Assembly (NCBI GenBank): GCA_035391225.1
Contig: DAOPKN010000001.1
Coordinates: 32,808-96,807, forward strand
Length of the DNA: 64,000 bases
DNA from: Thermotogota bacterium
Lineage (GTDB): Bacteria; Thermotogota; Thermotogae; MWEM01
Reading direction: 5' to 3'
Shown here: positions 17,956-24,982 of the stretch, piece by piece
Numbering within the stretch: the first letter of the stretch is position 1
Layout: the number at the start of each line of letters is the position of its first letter
Notes under the pieces: generated by a model
Seen by the model: only the letters and a program-made list of their open reading frames with translations
Told to the model about the DNA's origin: nothing
The model's database searches: none
Program-made: the position numbers and the translations under genes

Positions 17956-20472
17956 TCATTCCACTTTCAGCCAGCGCTGAATGTCTTCCCGTGATTGGGG
18001 ATCAAGGGGAAGGCGGAGAATGTGGTCGGTACCTCGGGTGCTTTCCCCCATTGTGTCCGCTTCCCCGATCCCCAGGACGTTTAGCTTGTTGCCGTTCTCG
18101 TGCTTCTTGCGGAACTTCTCCACCCAAGATTGGAGGCTGGGGTTGGGAAGTTGGACAAGAAGAAGCTGGGCTTTCCCGTTTTGCACCCATGCCTTGGTTT
18201 GGGCAAGCGTCGTAGGGAAATGGCTTTCCACGTTGAATTGCAGCAAGAGGCCCGAAAGGATTTTTCGGACCAGCGTGTCCTCGTGCACGATGAGTGCACT
18301 TCGATGCGTTGTGGACCGGGTCGAAACGGATGTAGTGGCCACACCCGGAAGGGTTTCCTGGAGGAACAAGGCGAATTTCCGTGGGGTGAAGGGGCGAAGG
18401 AGGAAGTTTTGGAGTTGCAACCCGTGAAGGGGGGGGCGGGAAATTCCCATGGGGGGGAAAAGCCCGCACAACACCCCTGGGCTCTGCTTGGCCAACCATT
18501 CCAGGGTTTTGGCGTCTTCCGGCCGGCCACTTTCGTACAGGAAGCGATCTTCCAGAAGTACCAGGGGTTTCCCGGAAAAAGGGGTTTGCACGGAGGAAAG
18601 TTTGGTTTCCAGTTTTGCCGGGCTTGCGCAAAAGAAAACATTCCCATTCCAGTACGTGATCCAGTGCGAAAGAAGCGCGTTTTCCCAGGGATTGGAGTTC
18701 ACGATGAAAAATGGTTGGCCTTGCAAATCCAGCGGGACTTCTGACCTTGGTTCTGCAACTTCAAAGCGGGTTGTGAACCAAAATTCCGAACCCTTTCCCA
18801 CCTTGCTGCGCACTCCAATGCTCCCGGACATGTGCTCCACGATTTGCTTGCAAATTGCCAGCCCAAGCCCGGTTCCACCGTACTTCCGTGTGTGTGACGC
18901 GTCTTCCTGCGAAAAAGGCTGGAACAACCGGGGAAGGGTCGCGTTTTTGATTCCGATTCCGGTATCGCGCAAGGTAAAACGAAGGAAGCAATGTTTTGCC
19001 TGTTGTTCGAGTAACTTCACGGAAAGCTGGATCTCCCCCTTTTCCGTGAAACGCGTGGCATTGCCCAGAAGGTTGAGCAGCACCTGCCGCAAGCGGTTGG
19101 GGTCCCCGAGAATTTTGGCAGGGATTTGCGGATCGAAATTCAGCGAAAACACCACGGAGGGAGAAGAGGTTCGCGGAACGAAAAGAGAAAGGCTTTCTTC
19201 GACCAGTTGCTCCAGGTCGAACACCTCTGAGTGGAATTCCATCTTCCCCGCCTCGATGCGCGAAAAGTCCAGGATCTTGTCGATCACCGAGAGAAGGGCT
19301 TTCCCACTGGATTGGATCATTGACAGGTACTCCTTTTGTTCCTCCACCAGTGGGGTTTTTGCCAGAAGGTTCGCCATACCGATCACCCCGTTCAAGGGTG
19401 TCCGGATTTCATGGCTCATGTTCGCCAGGAATTGGCTCTTGGCTTCGCTGGCTCTTTGGGCTTTCCGCGCCATTTCCTGCGCGAACTGGTTGGTTTCCTT
19501 CAGGGCCTCGTACGATCCTTGGAGTTCCTCCTCTGCCCTCTTCCTTTCCGTGATATCCTGCACGAAAGCAAGGTAGCGGCTTTCGTTCAGCCGAACACCC
19601 TTGACCTGCCAGAAGCGCACCGAGCCGTTCTTGGCCACGAAACGGGTTTCCACGAGGGCTTCTCCCTTTTCGTGCAGTGCTTGGAAATGCTCTTTTGCCA
19701 GGGCATGATCATCTGGTAGCACAAGGCCAAAGAACGGCATTCCCAGAAGCTCCTCGCGGGAATACCCGGTGATCCTTTCTGCCTGGGGATTGACATCGAT
19801 GTATTGGCCTCGCTGATCCACCACGAAAATGCCGTAGGGTGCCATGTCCACGTAGTTTCGAAACCGGGCTTCGCTTTGTTGCAGTGCCTCCTGTGTCTTT
19901 TGGGTACTGAAGCGCCGCGTCATGATGAAGCCCAAAAGGGCAGTTGCAATGGGGTACACCACGATGACCGAAAGGCCCATGGAAGAATAGAAACTGGCGG
20001 GATCGGGGAGTGCCAGCATGCACAGAAGCATGTCGACGTGAACGACCAGGCCGAAAAGGTACAGCTTCCACAAGGACAGGCTGCCCACCTCGCGACGGTA
20101 GAAGTAGCGAAATCCCAAGCCGATAGCCCCGGAGGTAAGGATGGTCAACACTCCTGGTAACGTTCCTCCTCCCCCGTTCACGAGCCGGAGAATGGCCGTG
20201 AACAGCATGGCAATAGCCGTGGGAATGGCCCCGAAAAACAACCCGCTTATGCTCAACAGAACCGAGCGGGTGTCGAAGACAACCCCGGTTTGAAAGGAAA
20301 CGGGGTTTAGCATCACGCCCAGGCCGATTCCTCCCAGCACGATGCCGAAAAGGAGTTGCCTTCCCACTGTTCGCGTGTGCCAACGTGGAAGGATGGTGAT
20401 CTCGTACAAGATTCCCATGGATAAAAGGAGGCCAGCGTTGTTCACCAACCCCACCAGGATGGAAAAATCCAT
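17956..20472 (-). CDS. Sensor histidine kinase with a 5TMR-LytS-type membrane domain, PAS, HisKA, HATPase_c and a C-terminal degenerate receiver-like extension
   Basis: Start set at ATG 20472 (GGAGGTG site immediately upstream), giving 'MDFSILVGLVNNAGLL...', typical of 5TM LytS/YhcK-type receptors. H-box 'MSHEIRTPLNGVIGMA', 'DTGIGI', 'GGTGLGLAI'. The ~280 C-terminal residues look receiver-like but lack an obvious phospho-acceptor Asp. Confidence 0.8.
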   Translation of the reverse strand: MDFSILVGLVNNAGLLLSMGILYEITILPRWHTRTVGRQLLFGIVLGGIGLGVMLNPVSFQTGVVFDTRSVLLSISGLFFGAIPTAIAMLFTAILRLVNGGGGTLPGVLTILTSGAIGLGFRYFYRREVGSLSLWKLYLFGLVVHVDMLLCMLALPDPASFYSSMGLSVIVVYPIATALLGFIMTRRFSTQKTQEALQQSEARFRNYVDMAPYGIFVVDQRGQYIDVNPQAERITGYSREELLGMPFFGLVLPDDHALAKEHFQALHEKGEALVETRFVAKNGSVRFWQVKGVRLNESRYLAFVQDITERKRAEEELQGSYEALKETNQFAQEMARKAQRASEAKSQFLANMSHEIRTPLNGVIGMANLLAKTPLVEEQKEYLSMIQSSGKALLSVIDKILDFSRIEAGKMEFHSEVFDLEQLVEESLSLFVPRTSSPSVVFSLNFDPQIPAKILGDPNRLRQVLLNLLGNATRFTEKGEIQLSVKLLEQQAKHCFLRFTLRDTGIGIKNATLPRLFQPFSQEDASHTRKYGGTGLGLAICKQIVEHMSGSIGVRSKVGKGSEFWFTTRFEVAEPRSEVPLDLQGQPFFIVNSNPWENALLSHWITYWNGNVFFCASPAKLETKLSSVQTPFSGKPLVLLEDRFLYESGRPEDAKTLEWLAKQSPGVLCGLFPPMGISRPPLHGLQLQNFLLRPFTPRKFALFLQETLPGVATTSVSTRSTTHRSALIVHEDTLVRKILSGLLLQFNVESHFPTTLAQTKAWVQNGKAQLLLVQLPNPSLQSWVEKFRKKHENGNKLNVLGIGEADTMGESTRGTDHILRLPLDPQSREDIQRWLKVE

Positions 20473-20556
20473 GCGCACCTCCAAAAAAATAGCTACCGTG
20501 AAAGTATAACATATACCCGAAACCCGGAGGTACTTTTCCATTTCTACCGTCTTGAA

Positions 20557-20566
20557 TGGTATAATC
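20557..20566 (+). promoter_or_regulatory. Candidate extended -10 promoter element (TGGTATAAT) for the CARF gene
   Basis: 'aaTGgTATAATc' lies about 35 nt upstream of the TTG start at 20600, giving a perfect TATAAT with a TGn extension. The -35 region is weak ('TTTCCA'). Confidence 0.3.
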
Positions 20567-20599
20567 TTTTCGCACATCCATCACGGGGAGGGGAACGAA

Positions 20600-21040
20600 T
20601 TGACGGAACGTCTACTGATTACTCCGCTGGGAACGTCTCCCGGGGTGTTGTATACCCTGGTAAAGGTTTTGCAGCCCGATCGCATCTTCGTGGTTTCTTC
20701 CGCAAAGGCACTGGGGAGTTTGCCCGAAATTGCCCAAAGGTCGGGTTTTGACCTGAAAGGCATCGTTTCTTTTTTCTTCCAAGACCCTTTCAGTGGTTTC
20801 GAGGAAATGCCGGGCTTCTTGGAAGCACTCAAGAAGAACTGGCCCGACGCTGTCATGCCCGAAGTGATCGTGAACCTGGCGGGGGGAACTTCCTTCTTGC
20901 AATACGCGGTGGGAAAGGCTTCGGATTTTTGCGAACAAAAGAAAATCCCGGTGAAAAAGGTGTTTGCCGTTGACCGCCGGGAGTTCTCCCAACAGCGAGA
21001 AGAACCTTACGTTGTGGGAGAAGTGATTCCAGTTCCGTGA
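20600..21040 (+). CDS. Stand-alone CARF-domain protein (Crn1-like candidate ring nuclease or cyclic-oligoadenylate sensor)
   Basis: Start set at TTG 20600 (GGGGAGGGG site 7 nt upstream). The ORF track's 20552 start lies in the promoter region. 'LLITPLGTSPGVLYT' matches the CARF strand-1/Gly-Thr-Ser loop (compare 'LGTSPG' of Crn1). 'VIVNLAGGTSFLQYAVG' matches the second CARF ligand-binding motif (h-h-N/D-h-T/A-GG-T/F-K/S). Confidence 0.55.
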   Translation: MTERLLITPLGTSPGVLYTLVKVLQPDRIFVVSSAKALGSLPEIAQRSGFDLKGIVSFFFQDPFSGFEEMPGFLEALKKNWPDAVMPEVIVNLAGGTSFLQYAVGKASDFCEQKKIPVKKVFAVDRREFSQQREEPYVVGEVIPVP

Positions 21041-21049
21041 GGTGATACA

Positions 21050-22096
21050 ATGGGGAAACGAAAAAGAATTTTCACCAACGTGGGAAACACGTTTTGGAGA
21101 AGCACCTTTGGTGGGGAGGATAGGCAGTTCGATTCTTCCCGGCTGGTGCAAGAAGCAGCGAAAATGACCCTGGAGGACTTGGAATGCAGGTCCCCGGAAG
21201 TGAACAGCCTGAGCCAGTTTGGCTTGGATGGAAGCGAAGAGCTGCTTTTCTTCTGCACCAACACACCGGATTCGCTGGCGTGCGGGGAGGCGTTGGTTTC
21301 CTTGTACCGGCAGGGAGAGTACCAGGTTTCGCTGGAAACCTTGGAACACTTCCACGATTCCGGTTCGTCCGATTCCTTCCGAAAAGGCGTCGCAGAGTAC
21401 GTGAGCAAAATGATTTCGTACCTGGATAAGCCCGATTCCCGGTACGGCTTGGATACCTTCATCAACGTGACATCGGGTTTCCGATCCCTCGTGCCGTATG
21501 CAACCATCCTGGGCACGGTATTTCACGCCAGCGTTTTCTACCTCTACGAACGGCAGTCGAAGGTCCACGTGCTACCGCCGCTGCCCATTTCCTTCGATGA
21601 TGGTGTTTTCCAGCAGAACGACCTGTTTTTCTTCCGGCTTTCCAACGACATGCTTCCGCGGAAAGAAGTGCAGGATGTCATCGGGTACCAAAAAATGATG
21701 GAGATGATGCCCGATTACCTGGTGGAAGAAGATGGGTTGGTGTATTTCTCGGAGTTGGGGCGCATCCTTTGGGGGAAGTTCAACGCCGAGAACCCCGTTC
21801 TGTTCCTTTCCGACGAAGCGAAGAAAAGGCTCAAGAAAACCCCGGAGCTAAAGGAGCTGGTGGTGAAAGCCCTCAAGGGGGAGGGGCAGCCCGAGCATTC
21901 GTTGCACGAGTACAAGGGGAAGCTGCAGTGCTACAAGTTTGACCGGAAGTCCGTCCGGTTTTTCTACGAGACGCGCAACGGCTACCTGTACATCGCGAAG
22001 ATCCTGGACCACGACGAGTACGAGCGTTACATTTCCCAGGCAAAACCCAACGAGGAATTCCGTTGGAACCGCGAACGGATTCCCATGGAAGGGTAA
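21050..22096 (+). CDS. CARF-RelE fusion protein (Cami1-like cyclic-oligoadenylate-activated mRNA interferase candidate)
   Basis: Lies 9 nt after the stand-alone CARF gene, so the two are probably co-transcribed. N-terminal CARF motifs 'RIFTNVGNTFW' and 'FINVTSGFRSLVPYATILG'. C-terminus 'YKGKLQCYKFDRKSVRFFYETRNGYLYIAKILDHDEYERY' fits the RelE/ParE toxin core pattern (G/K...Y..R..Y......h-Y-I-h-.I-h-.H-.-e-Y). Confidence 0.55.
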   Translation: MGKRKRIFTNVGNTFWRSTFGGEDRQFDSSRLVQEAAKMTLEDLECRSPEVNSLSQFGLDGSEELLFFCTNTPDSLACGEALVSLYRQGEYQVSLETLEHFHDSGSSDSFRKGVAEYVSKMISYLDKPDSRYGLDTFINVTSGFRSLVPYATILGTVFHASVFYLYERQSKVHVLPPLPISFDDGVFQQNDLFFFRLSNDMLPRKEVQDVIGYQKMMEMMPDYLVEEDGLVYFSELGRILWGKFNAENPVLFLSDEAKKRLKKTPELKELVVKALKGEGQPEHSLHEYKGKLQCYKFDRKSVRFFYETRNGYLYIAKILDHDEYERYISQAKPNEEFRWNRERIPMEG

Positions 22097-22100
22097 GGCT

Positions 22101-22673
22101 TCATTCCCGGGGATGCTTTTTCAACGAAACGATGAGCATTTGGATCCTTGCAATCCCGTACGCGATAAACGCATCAGCGGCTGCGATGAATCCTACCAGC
22201 AAGAGAAACAGGGTGGAGTGATCCGTCTGTTCGAGGAAAAAAGGGAAAAAAGTAGTTAGCCACAAGAGCGAAGGAAGGATTGCCAACACGAGGGTTCGTC
22301 GCAAGCGGATGAATTTTTCCATCTTTGAGCGGTTGTCCGAGAAGATATCCGGGGTTTGGGAATTGGTTTGTTGCGTGCGGAAGCAGTGCCAGTTGGCGAA
22401 AGAATCGATGTATTCCCATCCCCCATCTGAGAAGAGGGCGGTGTATTCGGGGAAATCCTTCCCTCCCTGTACCCGGTAATCGAAGCAATAGGTGAAGTCT
22501 CCAGGGGTTCCCTTCACGAAACGGTACGTTCCAAACCCGAACTGGCTAAGGTGCCACCCTTCTTTGGACATTTTTTTTAACCATCGGGTTTCCCTTTGCT
22601 CATTCCAAGCGGTGAAAAAGCGGTGCACTGTTTTGCTGCTTTTGGATGTGTTCATGGGCATTTCCCCTTTCAT
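22101..22673 (-). CDS. DUF2812 domain membrane protein (PadR-associated)
   Basis: 'GWHLSQFGFGTYRFVKG' matches the DUF2812 signature, and the C-terminus has two TM helices. The start ATG overlaps the upstream PadR stop in an ATGA overlap, and DUF2812 is a classic PadR-operon partner. Confidence 0.65.
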   Translation of the reverse strand: MKGEMPMNTSKSSKTVHRFFTAWNEQRETRWLKKMSKEGWHLSQFGFGTYRFVKGTPGDFTYCFDYRVQGGKDFPEYTALFSDGGWEYIDSFANWHCFRTQQTNSQTPDIFSDNRSKMEKFIRLRRTLVLAILPSLLWLTTFFPFFLEQTDHSTLFLLLVGFIAAADAFIAYGIARIQMLIVSLKKHPRE

Positions 22674-23011
22674 TCTTGTTCCTCCCTTTCCAGGATTCCG
22701 GTTGCAACACTTGCCATCTGGGCGATGCGACGCGTCTCGATTTGAAGGATTTGTTTGCCTTCCTCAGATACTTGGTACACCTTCCGCCGGGGGTTTTCCG
22801 GATCTTCCCCCTGGAATGTGATGGCTCCAAGCTTCTCCAACTTGGACAGTGCACCGTACAGTGTTCCCGGTCCAAGGTTTACGCGCCCATCGCTCATCTC
22901 GGAGACCTTTTGCATGATACCGTACCCATGCAGTGGTTCCGTCAGGGCAAGGAGGATGAAGAAGGTGGTTTCGGTCAAGGGACAAAGGGATTGCAGTGCA
23001 CGTTTTCCCAT
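22670..23011 (-). CDS. PadR-family transcriptional regulator
   Basis: 'FFILLALTEPLHGYGIMQKV...GPGTLYGALSKLEKLGAI' is the PadR winged-HTH signature. Start set at ATG 23011 (AAGGAGG 8 nt upstream). The ORF track's TTG at 23017 is the alternative. Confidence 0.85.
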   Translation of the reverse strand: MGKRALQSLCPLTETTFFILLALTEPLHGYGIMQKVSEMSDGRVNLGPGTLYGALSKLEKLGAITFQGEDPENPRRKVYQVSEEGKQILQIETRRIAQMASVATGILEREEQE

Positions 23012-23030
23012 ACGCAAACCTCCTTGATGT

Positions 23031-23082
23031 ATATATCGACATTCAATGCATCAGTGTGCGTTATATCGATATGCGATATAAT
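23031..23082. promoter_or_regulatory. Candidate PadR operator/promoter: two ATATCGA(C/T)AT-type palindromic boxes, the second abutting a perfect TATAAT -10 element
   Basis: 'ATATATCGACAT' at 23031-23042 and the perfect palindrome 'ATATCGATAT' at 23063-23072 are followed by 'gcgaTATAAT' at 23077-23082. They sit in the 116-nt divergent intergenic region between padR and the PfkB kinase gene. Confidence 0.35.
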
Positions 23083-23127
23083 ACCAGTTTTTTTTCCATC
23101 TGTCAAGCAGTGGAGAGAGGAGAAAAT

Positions 23128-24036
23128 ATGCTCGTTTGCCTGGGAGATTCGATGGTGGACCAGTTGGTATTCGTGAAGCATTTCCCGGAAGAAGGTGGGG
23201 AAGCAACAGCGCGCGGAGAAGTGCACGCGGGGGGGTCGGCCGCAAACACGGCCATGGTTCTTGCCAAGCTGCAGACCCATGTGGGGTTGATCTCGTCGTT
23301 GGGAAATGACCTGGAGGGGGATTTCTTGAAGGAGGTGTTCCAAAGAGTGGGTGTGGATACCCGCTTGCTGGAAACCACGCACATGAACACGGGCAAGATG
23401 GTGATCGTGGTTTCGCCGGGTGGTCAGCGTACGATGTTTAGCCTCCGCCCCCCGCGAAGCGTTCCCTTTGAGCAGCTCGAAAGCGTATGGCAGTCGATCA
23501 AGGGCAAGGCACATCTCCACGTATCCGGGTACGTGTTCCTTCGCGAAAAGGAAGCGGCATTTGCCCGGGAACTCGTGAAAAGGTGTAGCACAGAGGGTGG
23601 CCGCGTGAGCCTGGACCCGGGGGTAAGCCCGGTGAAAATGGTGCCGGGGAGGTTACGGGAGGTTTTGCCCTTCGTGGACTATTTCTTCCCCAACGAAACG
23701 GAACTCCACCAGTTGGTTCCCGGCGAATCGAATGCGCCACGTGCTGCGCGTTTGCTGTTGCGGAAGGAAACGGGCACCATCGTTCTCAAAAGGGGAGAAA
23801 GAGGATGCAGTGTCTTTTCCCGGGACGGTGCGCAGGATTTCCCCCCGTCGCGCAGTGTGGTAGCAGAGAACACCACGGGGTGTGGCGATGCGTTTAACGC
23901 GGGGTTCTTGGCCGGGCTCGAGAAAGGTTTTTCCGTGGAAAATGCAGCGGAGCTGGCGAACCAATGCGGGGAGAAAGTCGCTTCTTCCAAGGTGTCCATC
24001 GATTTGCAGGATTTTTCTGCGCTCATTGCGGGGTGA
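23128..24036 (+). CDS. PfkB-family carbohydrate kinase (ribokinase-like)
   Basis: Start set at ATG 23128 (GGAGAGAGGAG site upstream). The ORF track's 22996 start lies in the intergenic region. 'MLVCLGDSMVDQ...GGSAANTA' is the N-terminal sugar-binding motif and the C-terminal 'TTGCGDAFNAGF' the anion-hole/DTxGAGD-like motif of PfkB kinases. Confidence 0.8.
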   Translation: MLVCLGDSMVDQLVFVKHFPEEGGEATARGEVHAGGSAANTAMVLAKLQTHVGLISSLGNDLEGDFLKEVFQRVGVDTRLLETTHMNTGKMVIVVSPGGQRTMFSLRPPRSVPFEQLESVWQSIKGKAHLHVSGYVFLREKEAAFARELVKRCSTEGGRVSLDPGVSPVKMVPGRLREVLPFVDYFFPNETELHQLVPGESNAPRAARLLLRKETGTIVLKRGERGCSVFSRDGAQDFPPSRSVVAENTTGCGDAFNAGFLAGLEKGFSVENAAELANQCGEKVASSKVSIDLQDFSALIAG

Positions 24037-24982
24037 GAGGCCCCACGTTCTCCAATCCCGCACACTTTCCTTCTTGATCGAACATCGTTCTCCCGTTTTG
24101 CAAGAAATGCACATGAATGGTGGATGCCAATGATTCGTTGATGCGTCCTTGCATGCTGCCACGCACCGGGGAAAGCAATTCGCTCCCGGGCTGCTTTTTG
24201 GCATGGATGCGTAATTGCGTTTTTGCTTTCTGGATTTGCACCTGGACCTCTTCTTCGCTTGGGAAAGAAACCGACAACGATGCACCGGTGTACGTGGCAA
24301 AGCGATGTAGCTTTCCGTCCAGCAGAAAACCACACAAGAATCCCGTGAACCGGAACCCGATCCAAGGAATGGTGGCAATCGAAAGGAAAAGGGAGGTTCG
24401 CGGAAGGTCGAAGGAATTCGATTGCATCCAAACCCATGCTTTGGGAAAGGAACGTCCCCAATCCTTTTCGATGTATCCCCTTCCTCCCGTGAAATCGTAC
24501 GTCTTCCCGTTGATGTCCACTTCACCGGATAGCTCATGGTCCATGCTCACAACCCCGTGATTGCATTCCAGGAACGGGACGAAGGAAAAGGGCCCCATGA
24601 CACCAGGAGAATACCAGGGTTGTGGCCACCCAAACAGGGGGCCAAAAGAAATTTTCCCGCGGATATGGTTGTATTGGCTTTGCAGATTGACTTCCAAGCC
24701 GTTTTCGTGGAAGTGGTTGGGCCCCACGAACACCGAAAAAACGCGGGGATCCGAGCGAAACATGGACATGTCAAAGGGAAAGAAATGGGAAGATTCCTGT
24801 TCGCCGGAAAGGAACTGCACGAAAGCCCGTGGGGTTTCTCCCCTTTTTCCAAGGGACACCCCGGGAATGAAGGCAAAAGCATTCTGGTGTTGCTTGTCCA
24901 CGATCTTGAAATACCATCCCTCGAAGAAATTGTGGTGTTTCCCCTTTCCGTGGTACAAGACGGTGTGGAAAAGCGGTGTCAC
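24023..24982 (-). CDS. Tocopherol-cyclase-like (VTE1 family) protein
   Basis: 'LYHGKGKHHNFFEGWYFKIV' matches the conserved N-terminal motif of tocopherol cyclases and their bacterial homologues. Start set at GTG 24982 (AGGAGG 9 nt upstream), which overlaps the upstream amylase stop in a GTGA overlap. The longer ORF-track frame up to 25309 lies inside the amylase gene. Confidence 0.5.
   Translation of the reverse strand: MTPLFHTVLYHGKGKHHNFFEGWYFKIVDKQHQNAFAFIPGVSLGKRGETPRAFVQFLSGEQESSHFFPFDMSMFRSDPRVFSVFVGPNHFHENGLEVNLQSQYNHIRGKISFGPLFGWPQPWYSPGVMGPFSFVPFLECNHGVVSMDHELSGEVDINGKTYDFTGGRGYIEKDWGRSFPKAWVWMQSNSFDLPRTSLFLSIATIPWIGFRFTGFLCGFLLDGKLHRFATYTGASLSVSFPSEEEVQVQIQKAKTQLRIHAKKQPGSELLSPVRGSMQGRINESLASTIHVHFLQNGRTMFDQEGKCAGLENVGPLTPQ

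Noticed and set aside
20552-20599. Longer start (TTG 20552, 'MNGIIFSHIHHGEGNE...') for the small CARF protein
   Set aside because: This stretch contains the TGGTATAAT promoter-like element and precedes the strong GGGGAGGGG site. Translation from TTG 20600 gives a protein that begins right at the CARF strand-1 motif.
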